A DNA stretch of 64,000 nucleotides. It comes from Rhizodiscina lignyota (taxonomy: Eukaryota). Positions 26,195 to 37,847 of the stretch are shown here, piece after piece. Below the pieces are notes generated by a model, which saw only the letters and a program-made list of their open reading frames with translations, was not told the DNA's origin and did no database searches. Within the stretch, counting starts at the first letter, position 1, and each line of letters opens with the position of its first letter. Location of the stretch: the NCBI GenBank assembly GCA_010015805.1, contig ML978130.1, positions 682,001 to 746,000 of the forward strand. The letters run 5' to 3'. A program made the translations under genes and the position numbers.

Positions 26195-27058
26195 TTAGGA
26201 GTTATCCGACTCCGTCTCGGCTTCTTCATCGACTCGAAGATCGGCAATTGTATTGGCACCAAGAATGATTTCATTCCTGTGTTCCTCTGCCAGCTCTTTG
26301 ATGTTCCGCAATTCACTCACACCGCGCCAATAGGTGTCCAAATTATCGTCCAAGTCGAAGCCCATTACTTTTGATGTACAGTATTTTGGTCTTTCCCCAA
26401 TTCTTTCCGGTCGCTCTAGATGCGTTGCATATAGCTGCAAATATGCAGTGCCTTGACCGCCGTGATATGTGAAACCGAAGGTATGGGCTTTCCTGTCGTA
26501 AACCGGTTCCATTTCCCCATAGGATTGCAATTTATGCATTGCACGGGCACCATAGTCGAGGTCCCGCTTAATCTGCAGCATGAGGACTCGTGCACTGCCA
26601 TCAGGGCCCTTGACTTCGCCGAAAAAGTTCGGGGCTGCGGGCCTGCTAGTATCGGTGCAAGGGACAATGTATTTGTTTAAGTCCCTTCGTATTCTGGTAT
26701 GGATCTTTTCCGGAACTGTTCCGTTGTAGTAGTCTGGTTTCGCGGTGGTTACGTCTGGAATAATCGGTTCCATATCGTTGAAGACATGGTTCTGACCAGA
26801 TGGCATGTACTCTCGGCCTAGAATTATCGGAATAACGTCGCTCTTGACTTGTTCCTCGTTTGAAGCATAGACATTTCTCCGCTTGAATTCCGAGAACTCC
26901 AAGTGAATGGATAGTGAAGGCAACTGGGGCTCGCGAAGGTTCGAAGGCCTCTCTTGTGCTATCTCCGTGTCAGTTGGTGCACTTTCGGACGCCCAGGAAG
27001 TCCCTCCGGTATGTTGAGACTTGGTCGATCGGCGGGTTGATCGGGCATTGAAGCTCAT
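26195..27058 (-). CDS. Hypothetical protein with PD-(D/E)xK nuclease-like motifs
   Basis: 287-aa ORF with AKPDYYNG...PNFFGEVKGPDGS...GARAMHKL. Probable 5'UTR intron at ~27157-27225. Confidence 0.65.
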   Translation of the reverse strand: MSFNARSTRRSTKSQHTGGTSWASESAPTDTEIAQERPSNLREPQLPSLSIHLEFSEFKRRNVYASNEEQVKSDVIPIILGREYMPSGQNHVFNDMEPIIPDVTTAKPDYYNGTVPEKIHTRIRRDLNKYIVPCTDTSRPAAPNFFGEVKGPDGSARVLMLQIKRDLDYGARAMHKLQSYGEMEPVYDRKAHTFGFTYHGGQGTAYLQLYATHLERPERIGERPKYCTSKVMGFDLDDNLDTYWRGVSELRNIKELAEEHRNEIILGANTIADLRVDEEAETESDNS

Positions 27059-27572
27059 TCTCGTTTGGACTATCTCGATACTTCGGATATATCAGCGTAA
27101 CGTCTTCAAGCCACCCGAAGCATCTACCCCTTTGCTGCCCTGAAAGCCTCGACCAATGCTACAGAGTAGCGATTGATTAATCTTAGAAGATAAAGATAAC
27201 TAGCACCGCTATGAAGTTTACTTACGTATTAATGGTGATAACAATTGTCAATCAAGACTGAAGAGAGCTCATTGAGGAAGGAAGCTCATTGGCAATTGCA
27301 GAAGGTGTGGAATAAATATGCAGTGGTAGAGGTCGCTAAAGCCGACAGCAATCGGCTGCTGTCGCTGTTGCCTTGAGCGTCGAACGGGGCAACCGTTTCA
27401 CTATTCGGTTGTACAATACGTATCATTCGCTGTAATCGAATCTTTGCTCCAACGTTACACTACATGTAGAGTATCCTTGATTACGGAGTAGATTTAAGCC
27501 ACAGTGTTTCTACTAGCAAAGGTCTTATGTTGATAATTGATCAAGGAGCTTCAGAGCTCACACACCTACAGC

Positions 27573-28037
27573 TCAGGATGGATTAGTCAGAGCGCAGGTT
27601 AAATGACTGTTCGTCTCAGCAGGCGCCGGGTGGTGCGGGTACTCCGGCGGGAGACGGTACTTGACAGCCACACACACGATCTTGAACAGTGTGACCCAAT
27701 AGAGGATCTCCATGATACCGAGGAACCTCGTGCCGGATATCATGCCGCCGCCATGAGTATAGTATATCGCCGAATGGAGTCCTCCATCTGCTGAGTCGCT
27801 CAACGCGGTCACGGGGCGGAATACCGACATCTTCAACTCGTCTCCATCTGGGCCTTCGATGATCCTCTCGTCATGCTCGATCCCCGGTCGTCCATGTAGG
27901 ACATCTTCGAGAGACCGACTGGCGAATTTCCGCACTCGCGGGATGTCTACGAGCGTAAGGGTCGGCGTGAAGGGTAATTTAGACAGGATAGCGGATAGTT
28001 CTGGATCTATGGGTAGGCGGGCGAGGGGAGATGGCAT
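27573..28037 (-). pseudogene. Truncated hormone-sensitive-lipase family esterase (abhydrolase_3)
   Basis: Has YYTHGGGMISG and KYRLPPEYP, then similarity stops. I found no GxSxG nucleophile or downstream exon. Confidence 0.7.
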
Positions 28038-28892
28038 AGCCTGTTAGTAGCGTTGATGCTAGCTAGACACCACAAGATTTTTTTTAATTAGAGAATAAAG
28101 TGATAAATGGACAGGCAAACAGACATAGAGAGCGAGGTTTAAGGCGAAGGAAATGGAAGTTTCGCACAAGAAGTATATGATAGAAAATTCTCGCCTTTTG
28201 AAGGGGTTTACGGTGGCCTTCCGTAGCGTAAGATGATGGTTCATAGGCTGCTACTGTTGAGAAATGATGGTTTATTCTAGATAGGGTTGGAGAGGATTTC
28301 GTGTTCGTGTTCGCGTTAGGGTCCAAGCGGAGTGGAGATATAGTGAAACTAAGGAGTCGCTAGGTAGCCTATTCTATCGGAGTCGGTTAGGAGATCGCCT
28401 TGTCACGTGTAATGTACTACTAAAGATATTCGAGGGTTATCCAATACGGAGGAGCTTTGGTGAGGTGAGAAGCTCGCTAGCTGTAGAGTCACGCGACAAT
28501 AACTATATCACACTGAATCATATGACTTGAACATATCTAAAAAAAATTCGTTGTCCATTATAATTTACGCTAAGAAATAAAATATGAGCGGAATGGAAAG
28601 AGAGGCTTTCAGTCATGGAGGAGTGGATTTCTCTTTTATACTGGTTTGTGTAAATAATCGAGATGGTTCAACAAGCCCATTAGCGCGCGCTGCAAAAGGA
28701 ATGAATGAAAACGTGACAAAGTAATCGGAGCATCACAAACTCCTAGTTCCCGGAAAGTAAAACCATCATTCTCCGATATCGTTTATCGAGCACGTATCTC
28801 AGGACGCCATCAATACCTGCAGTGGTGTGCTGCTCTTACAGATACCAATCATATCCTCCTTGTATTCAGAGCTTCGAGTACTGAGCGCCGCA

Positions 28893-30336
28893 CTAGTTGT
28901 AGTACGAACTTGTCCAAACGGCTTTGTCGGACTCCGGAACAAGATCCTTAAAGACCGGATGGGTTTTGAATTTCGGCCAGCGTCTTGCAATAGTATCACG
29001 AGCCTCGGCGAGACCGGCACAGTTCTGTAAGAGCTCGAGGTGGTGTCGTAGAGGCTGTGCGGAGGAAGCAGTAAATGACTGGCCGCAGCTTGGACATGTA
29101 ATAACCATGTCATTCCGGTTGTTGAACATAAACTATGGCAACTATGGCGTTTGATTCCCTCCCCATAAAATTATGGGCAGTACAGCGCTTTCCCATTCGC
29201 GAAAGTGGCGCACGTCGGCTAGAACGTGGTAGTTTTCAACATGCTGAACAAAGGAGCCAGTCGATGTACATCTTTGTCCACAAATGGGACAACAGAGGGC
29301 AGCATCGCTCGCCGCGTAATAGAACTTGGCGAGAAGTGCGCTTTGGGCTAGTCGATCCTCACATGGATGATCCCTCATCAGGTGCTGAGCAGTCAGATCG
29401 ACACTAGAAGAGATTTGCCCAGATCTAGTTCGGCCTCTACCACTGAAGGAACGATTGCATCCCTCCATTGGGCATCTCTCGATATCGACATTAATGAGGG
29501 CATGCATGAGAGGTGACCAGCTTCGGTGCATCCTAAGATGAACGCACAGCGACTGAAGTGTCATACCTGAGTATGTACAGTCAGCCATCACGCAGTCGAA
29601 TGTGGATTCATTTCCATGAGCGTCCCGGATGTGATCTCGCAATTTATCGCCCCGTGGGAAGGCCTTTTCAGCCTTTCGCTCACATCCGGACGCCGGGCAT
29701 GAGTAGTGGCGGTCTGATGAGTGATTATCCATGTGGCGCTGAAGTTCGTACAGTCGCTTAAAGGTTCCAGTGTACTTGCAGCCTTGCACCTCGCATTTCA
29801 GAGACCTGCTACGGTCCCCCTTCGGTCTATATATCGTCAACTGAGTCCTTAAAGTAATATGGAAATCCAGACCTTTGAGGCTTTGAGATTCTCTTGTCTT
29901 CGATGACCCTACTGCCACTCTCAAACCGGAAAAGGTCATGCTCAACATCTACATGTTCTCCAAGTATTTCGTGAGAAAAATTATTCGATACCGTAATAAG
30001 GCTCGCTGAATTGGCATCGAAAGTGGAGCCGATCTCTGAACTGCAAGAGTTCTGTGTAGTAGCATCAAATAAGTGATCTCCAAACAGCATCGACAAATCA
30101 GTCATGGAATCCTGCGTGGTCGTATGTCCGAAATCCGGAGAACCTTGAGAACGCTCCGTTGGCCTTCATTTCGCCCCTCGTTAGCCCTTGTCTTTTTTTT
30201 TTTAAACTCACCCGGAAGCGGCGTAGTCTACGCCGCCCTCTTCGGAGAGGAAGTTGAGCCAGTCAAACTCTTCACCGGTTGGCATTAGGATGGGCTCCTG
30301 CAGGAATCCTTGCTCGTTGGTGAAGTTGGCGTCCAT
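28893..30336 (-). pseudogene. Multi-C2H2 zinc-finger gene interrupted near its 3' end by two in-frame TAG codons (or a functional truncated CDS 29142-30336)
   Basis: Exons from ATG 30336 (introns 30164-30211 and ~29827-29873) encode CEVQGC..H..H, CPASGC..H..H, CVMADC, CPMEGC and CPIC fingers. The same frame resumes after the stops with CPSC...HH...HPVFKDL to 28893. Confidence 0.65.
29131..29148. repeat. Perfect 9-bp tandem duplication (AACTATGGC)x2
   Basis: Read directly. Each copy contains an in-frame TAG on the minus strand. Confidence 0.9.
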
Positions 30337-31088
30337 GGTTGGTTGATGAAGCTGCAGGAAGCTGCAAGGCTGAGACCGAAGGGCAAATGCGAGGCTGACC
30401 GCAAGAACTGAGACAAAGGCCGCTTGACTGGAGAAGCCAATGATACGCGGCAGGGTGGACGAAGGAGTGCAAAAATCTGGTGAGGAGAAGCAGGTCTATA
30501 AGTATCTCAGCATAGAAGCGTGACGAGGCATCCCCACGGGGCGACCTGAAGCTGAACCCCTGTCACTTGTGCTACCACACAGATGTCAATGGGGGCATAC
30601 CCCGTACACCTCCAATGCATCTTGCTAACTGCCACATGCGCCATTTGATCCAGAGGTGCTGTAAGAGTGGAGAATACGTGGACGAGCGAGTTAGCGAAGC
30701 CGCCTCCTGAAGACTTCAATGCACACTGCATGAAAGATGTCATCTGTGCATACATCGTCGTAAGCATGAATCTCGCACAAACTTATGAATATGAGAAAGT
30801 TTAGATACTTGAATCACCATACGAGTGGAAATAGCCGCAGTCAAGCGATTGTCTACCGTACAAGCAAGAAAGGTGGTAGGAGAGGAGGACGCAAGTTACC
30901 CCATGGGGAAGGGTTTGTAATTGGCGTGCTTATGTAACCACGTTTCGCGCTCTTCTCCATCTTCGACAATGTCGGCGATACCGAGAATTACCGGCGAGCA
31001 AAGAAAGATGAGACGCAACGAGCCTTCAAATGCACTCGGGCTGCCCATCTCATGGGATTTTCTGAATAGCAGATCAAGGAGCGCGAAG

Positions 31089-32255
31089 ATGATTCCTAAA
31101 GTGACCTCTCAGTGGATTCTCGAGAGCGCAATCGGCTCGAAGGGGTTGAAACTCGTGCATAATGTCTCGATTCCACAGCTCGCGGAACACGACGTGTTGA
31201 TGAAGGTGCATGCTGTTGCATTGAATTCGAGGGACAATCAGATTGCCAATGTGAGTCGTGTAAATTTTAGTTCACTGAAATCATCTCGCATTTCGCTCAA
31301 CCTCTGCTGAGCATATTTGATATTGGAAGGTTCGAGATGCTGACTATTCACGTAGGGCAAATACATGTTCAAGTCAAAAGGCGCAGTCATACCATGCTCA
31401 GACTGTGCTGGCGAGATCAAAGCAGTCGGATCGAAAGTATCACGCTTTCAACCCGGCTCCAGGGCTGCCTCCACGTTCCATCCCCGCTGGCATTACGGTC
31501 GCCTATCCTCTCGCGATCAGCTCTCGCAGCTCGGTGTGCTTGAAGATGGTGTACTGAAGCAGTACGCAGTTTTCCATGAGGATTCCCTCGTCGCATTACC
31601 TGGGAATGTCAACTTTCTGGAGGGTTGCACGCTCCCTGGAGCTGCAGTGACGGCATGGAGTGCGCTGTTTGGAAGCAACAGGCCATGCAAACCAGGCGAC
31701 ATTGTGCTGATACAGGGAAGTGGGGGCGTCAGCTTGTTCGCTTGTCAGTTTGCTCATGCTGCTGGAGCTACTGTTATTGCTACGACTGGGGCATTGGGCG
31801 GTGAAAGGGAGCAACGTCTTAGAGCATTGGGAGCAAAGGAGGTGGTTAGCTATCGGGACCCGAAATGGGGTAGCAAGGTCAAGAATCTGACACCTAGTGG
31901 TCGAGGTGTAGACTTCATCATCGAGACATCTGGTGCCGGAGACCAGGATGCGAGATGTCTTGCGGTCGGTGGCCAGATCGCTGCGATTGGTGGAAATGGT
32001 GCAAGTGGCGGGAATGTCTTCGATATGCGGGCTATTGTTGGCGAGGTGAGGAAGATCACAGTGGGGAATAGGGAGCAGTTTGAGGAGATGAACAGGGCGA
32101 TAGAGGGATGCAAGATACGTCCGGTGGTGGATGAGAAGACGTTTGGATGGACGGAGGCGAGAGCGGCATTTGATTATGCGGAGAGTGGCAAGATGTGGGG
32201 AAAGGTTGTTATTCGCGTCGCAGATGGAAATGATGCGATTCAGGGAAAACTGTGA
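31089..32255 (+). CDS. MDR superfamily (zinc-type ADH-like/quinone reductase, MDR7-like) oxidoreductase
   Basis: VHAVALNSRD, IPCSDCAGEI, AAVTAWSAL, QGSGGVS, IRPVVD and GKVVI. Intron 31251-31355. Confidence 0.9.
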
Positions 32256-33175
32256 AGTAGAATAGGAACGCAAACAGGAATTGAAGAGGAATACGGAGCA
32301 AAGTGCAAATGCTGTAGAGGTGTTCGCATCAAATTCCCATCCATGTCGGTCCGGTATGGATTGGCCAGTGAGGCGAAGTGCGGTTTCATGCAGCAGGATG
32401 CTCGAGTCTCCGCAAGTCGACGCCTGGATAGAGAGAAACGTGGTCAGATGGACGGGGCGGATCTCGAGATCTGCAGATGCGCACAAGCAGGAGTGAGGAT
32501 GCCGGTGAATACGAGGAGGGTGAAGGGGAGCAGAATTTGATGTTGAAAGGCAAAACATTCTGACTCGAGCGGTGGCCGTTGAGCTGGTCGCTGCTCTTTG
32601 TTGGCCCGGCGCCGCAGGGATGTGTGCCGGAATGCTCATTTGCCTGCGGCGAGCACTTTCGACGCTCTGAGGTGCCTGCGAAGGCGTATAAAAATCCAGA
32701 GCCGGAAAGGGTCGGGAGATGTGCGCGAAGAGGGCAATTGGGTATTTAGATATGGGCGCGAGTGCAGCGGGAGAGGGAAGATCGGACTTGAAAGAGCAGC
32801 TTCACTGGCACCCTGGCTCCCTTTGACATCACCGCGCCGCCATCACAAGCTCAAGGAACACTCTCCAACCACCCGCAACAACTCCCACGCTGCCCCACCA
32901 CTTCCCGTCAGCTGCCATTGCTAGAGCTCTCCAAGCTCTTTTCTTCCTCTTCGCTTCCAATTCCCAACTTCACCCTCAAGGCGTGCGTGGAGCCTTCGCG
33001 AACCGCTAAGACCGATATCGCCTCGACGGGCCGCGATCGACGCCATCAACATCCGTGCGGGGACGAAGCTCGCCTCAAACTGAGCACTGGGCAAATCTCC
33101 GAGCGCCAAACTTCAGACGAGCTTCTCTATTCCTATCTCCACACCTAACCCACCTCAATCTTCACACAACTCACA

Positions 33176-35610
33176 ATGGGAGACGAGCCGACGCGGAGAG
33201 ACGTGACAAACCACGTCCTGTGAGTGTGGCGTGAGCTGGAGCGGCAGAGCTGGTGGCTGACATGTCTTAGCTTCGAAATCGCGACTGAGGTCGCAAATCG
33301 AGGTGCGTTCACGTTCACTCAATTGAATTGTTCGTATTTAAGCTAATGGAATGCTGCAGTCGGTGGTATCTACTCGGTGTTGAAGTCCAAGGCGCAGGTC
33401 ACAACCGCAGAGTATGGAGCGGCATACACACTACTGGGGCCTCTCAACAGAGCTTCGGTGAGTGCACAAAGACGCTCAGGAATGGAGCAGCGTGCTAACA
33501 GATTCACAGGCGGCCGTCGAAGTAGAAGAGCTGGAGCCCAAGGATCCCGCCATAGTGAATACCATCAAGTCCATGAACGACCGAGGCATTAAGACACTCT
33601 ACGGACGATGGCTCATTGATGGCGCACCGCGAGTCCTCCTCTTCGACATTGGCACAGCGTGGCATTACCTCGATGAATGGAAAGGCGACCTCTGGTCCGT
33701 TGCGGGCATTCCTTCCCCTCCCGGCGACACTGAAACCAACGACGCGATTGTGCTTGGATACCTGGTAGCTTGGTTCTTGGGCGAGGTACAACGGACATGA
33801 TTGATTGTATGGAACTACGCTGACTTGCAGCACAGTACACATTCCACGAGAAGAACCGCGCGGTCGTCGCACAATTCCACGAATGGTTAGCAGGCGTAGC
33901 CCTCCCTCTTTGCAAGAAGCGCCGAATCGATGTTACCACCATCTTCACAACCCACGCTACCATCCTCGGCCGATATCTCTGCGCCGGGTCTGTCGATTTC
34001 TACAATAATCTTCAATGGTTCGATGTGGATTCGGAGGCAGGCAAGAGAGGCATCTATCACAGATATTGCATCGAGCGCGCAGCTGCACACGCTGCTGACG
34101 TTTTCACGACGGTATCACACATTACAGCGTATGAGAGCGAGCATCTCCTGAAGCGAAAGCCTGATGGAGTACTACCGAACGGCTTGAACGTGAAGAAGTT
34201 CTCAGCAACCCACGAGTTCCAGAATCTCCACGTCCACTCGAAGGATAAGATACAGGACTTTGTGCGAGGACACTTCTACGGACACAACGACTTCGACCCG
34301 GAAAAGACGCTCTTCTTCTTCACAGCCGGCCGCTACGAATACCGAAATAAGGGTGTGGACATGTTTCTCGAATCGCTCGCGCGCCTGAATCATAGGATGA
34401 AGAGCGCAAATTCAGACATGACCGTGGTCGCGTTTATTATCATGCCAGCTCAGACGACGTCGCTAGCTGTTGAAGCCCTGAAAGGTCAAGCGGTTGTCAA
34501 ATCGCTCCATGACACGATCAATACCATCACAAAGAATGTGGGCCATAAGCTTTTCGAGCGATCACTCAAGTGGCACGAGGGCCAGGAGCTGCCTGAAGAG
34601 AAGGACTTGATTTCTTCCGCGGACAAGGTCATGCTCAGGCGGCGGTTGTTTGCCATGAAGAGACACCACCTGCCACCCGTCATCACGCACAATATGGTGA
34701 ACGATGCGGAGGACCCCATTCTCAACCAGATTCGAAGATGCCAGCTCTTCAATCATCCCTCGGACCGTGTCAAGATCATCTTCCACCCAGAATTCTTGAA
34801 CAGCAATAACCCCGTTCTGCCAATGGATTACGACGACTTTGTCCGTGGTACGCATATGGGTGTCTTTGCATCTTATTACGAGCCGTGGGGTTACACGCCG
34901 GCTGAGTGCACCGTCATGGGTGTTCCATCAATCACAACCAATCTTTCCGGATTTGGATGCTACATGGAGGAGCTGATTGAGAATGCCTCGGACTACGGCA
35001 TCTACATCGTCGACCGGCGGACGAAGGGCGTTGACGACTCCGTGAACCAACTCTCAGACTACATGTTCGAGTTCACGAAGAAGAGCAAGCGACAACGCAT
35101 CAACCAGAGGAACCGAACAGAGAGACTAAGCGACCTGCTGGATTGGAAGAGAATGGGTATGGAATATGTCAAGGCCCGGCAACTGGCGCTACGACGAGGT
35201 GAGCACTTTACTGCATCCAAAATTTTCACACTTGAATTAACCCTATTATAGCGTATCCGGACTCATTTGACGGCGATACTGAGCCCGACTTCTTCGGAGG
35301 CACGGACGTCAAGATCTCTCGCCCGTTCTCCGAACCTGGCTCGCCGCGTGACCGCTCTGGAATGATGACACCTGGAGACTTCGCATCGTTGCAAGAGGGA
35401 CGAGAAGGCCTCAGCACCGAAGACTACATTGCTTGGAAGCTGCCTGAGGAAGAAGATGTGGAGGAGTACCCCTTCCCCCTGACCCTCAAGTTCAAGAACA
35501 AGAGCCCTGGGGGCACAATGGGCGGACTGGATGGATTCGCGGGCAGTGGCACAGCAAGTCCAGCGTTGGTGAACGGCCCTGGTGGTATCAACGGTAATGC
35601 AGGAAATTAA
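33176..35610 (+). CDS. gsy1: Glycogen synthase (GT3), 6 exons
   Basis: [53 protein letters not shown] and the C-terminal phosphosite region [11 protein letters not shown]. Confidence 0.97.
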
Positions 35611-36177
35611 GGAGAGGGCAATCCGCTCATCTTCATTCCTCGTTGAAATTGGTCGTAACCTGCATTGCGCTTGCATCTTGCACTGCTCGCTTGTAAGCCT
35701 ATCAATATCTCCTTTTTGTATCGTTCTTTGCATAATCTTCCGCTCTCCTTCTACCTGCAGAATCTTATCCCGTAGCTTTTCCTGGAGTCACGAAGCTCTT
35801 GAAAACGAATGTATCTTTAGTCTCGAGGCACTGTGCAACTTCTTTTGTCTTCGAATTTGAGTGACAAATCTCCCATGTAAGGCTTAGGCAGGAATTCTGG
35901 ATGCACGAGAATGGAATGTCGCGTCATACAGACACTCCGCGATTCTCTGGCCACTCTCAGTCCAGGAGCCTCTCAAACAGTCTGAAACTCTTGAGCTGAA
36001 TTACTCCGCGCGAAGTTGACGAACCATTGACCGAACCCGAGCACATGCTCCACTTGCTCAGAAACCGCACGCTTCACAAAATACCTCGATATTTCAAGTC
36101 CCATGGTCGTTAAAACTCAACGATAACGAACTATCTACCTCTCTAACTTCCCATATATTGGAAACAAAACTCAACGC

Positions 36178-37157
36178 TCACTGTGTCCTAGCGACAGCAC
36201 CAGCTTTAACCCGATCTATCCCAGTACCCTGAGAAACGAGGTAGTCCTGCTCGCCAATTAGTAACCAGTTACTACCGTATCCTCCCGACGACTTACCACC
36301 GATCCGGCAGGCAGGAATTGTAGCATCAATGCCGCCGTAGTGGCGCCACCGAGCCAAATCTTCCCGCTTCTGCCCTTCACCACCGCATCTACAAGCGCGT
36401 CCGCATACTTCGCTAACTCCATCTTCCCAGAGCCTCCGCCCTTTGCACGCTCTTTGATGCTCTCCGTAGCAGCCTTGTACAGCGAATTCTCCGCAAGAGC
36501 GAAATCTGCGTTCTCAGAGCCGAGATTGCTCTGCACGACGCCGGTGACGACGGTCAGGACTTTGACGTCGAATGGCGCCAGCTCCAAACGGAGGTTCTCG
36601 CTGAATGTCATGAGCGCGGCTTTGGAAGCGGCGTAGAGGCCTAGATGGTTTGCATTTTGATCAGTATTACATTTTAGTCTCATAAGATAAATGGAACAGA
36701 ATCGAATGGCTCGAAACACACCTCCGAATGGCACATTGAGCAACCCGGCGATACTCCCGGTATTCACAATCGTGCCCTTCGCCTCGATGATCATCGGCGC
36801 AAACGCCTTCACTAGATCCACCACGCCCCAGAAATTCGCGTCGAACATGCGCCTCGCGGCCGCGTTGTCTACGTCCAGCGAAGGGGCCATGATGAGTTGG
36901 CCGGCGTTGTTGACCAGGCAGTCCAGCTTCCCGTTCGCGCGAGTCCTCACAGTGTCGATTGCATGGTCTATGCTGTCTTGTGATGACACATCCAGCTCTA
37001 TGAGAGTCACATTGTCGAAGGTCGAGAGGGATTGCATCTTGGATAGCTTCCGCGCTGTGGCGAATACGTGGAAGTTGTGGCGTTGGAAGGACTGCGCGAG
37101 AGCGGCGCCGATGCTGCCGTCGCTGCAGCCAGTTATGAGCACTGTTTTGGAGGGCAT
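36178..37157 (-). CDS. Short-chain dehydrogenase/reductase (Ayr1/17-beta-HSD-like), 3 exons
   Basis: VLITGCSDGSIG, LVNNAG, NTGS and YAASKAA. Introns at ~36641-36721 and ~36248-36297. Confidence 0.9.
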
Positions 37158-37847
37158 CCTCGTGGAGTTGATGGTGCAAGTGGCCTTAAAAAAATCAAAA
37201 AAATAATGTGCTGGAGCTATGAAGAGGAAGGCAAGCTTTTTAAGAATGCAAAGGATGAACTGGGTTTGAAAGATGCGACGTCGATTCGTTCTTGGTAGAA
37301 CGAGCATGTTCTGGCTACCTTTCGGTGTGTAAGAGGGTACACCCTTGGTACGAGAGAGAAGGTCTTCCGTTTGCATTGGTCCGCTACTACGAAGGGGCCA
37401 TTCGTCGCCTCTATTCGCATCCTAATCTACACATGCGGACATTCTACTGCGGAGATCGTACTTGCCGAGCGGACACTGCATCGGATACTTACGATGAGAG
37501 TTGTGCTTTGATTCAGCCCGAAGTTTAGAGTAGTAAATAGCTTGACCGGAAGCGAGCCGTAGTTGGATAACGTTAATGGTGTTGCTGGAGGGGAGTATTT
37601 AGTTTTCTCCTAAAGGGGGAGGTGCATCCGGAATACAATCTGCCCGTGCGAGAGGTCGGCGGCGGCGCCGGCCCAACGAAATTCCCGGTGGTTCCCTCTA
37701 AATTTTGGTGGCTCAAGCCCCTAGAATTCGGCGCCTTGCACCTGAACATCTGACCAGCCATTTTGCATCGGTTAATATTTAATAATTATTAAATGCAGCC
37801 TGACCGCAACCTCTCGCCTCTTTTTTGAACTATCTATCTTGCCTTCT

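Noticed and set aside
16200..30900. Accessory block as a Starship or other transposon
   Set aside because: No DUF3435 tyrosine recombinase, transposase, RT, TIR/LTR or target-site duplication could be identified.
32245..32255. C-terminal GKL as a PTS1 on the MDR reductase
   Set aside because: Non-canonical first residue; too weak without conservation data.
31596..32639. 347-aa antisense ORF over the MDR reductase
   Set aside because: No recognisable motifs; a typical codon-bias shadow of the sense gene.
9296..35610. glc8 and gsy1 as a glycogen gene cluster
   Set aside because: They are about 23 kb apart with many unrelated genes between; probably chance linkage.
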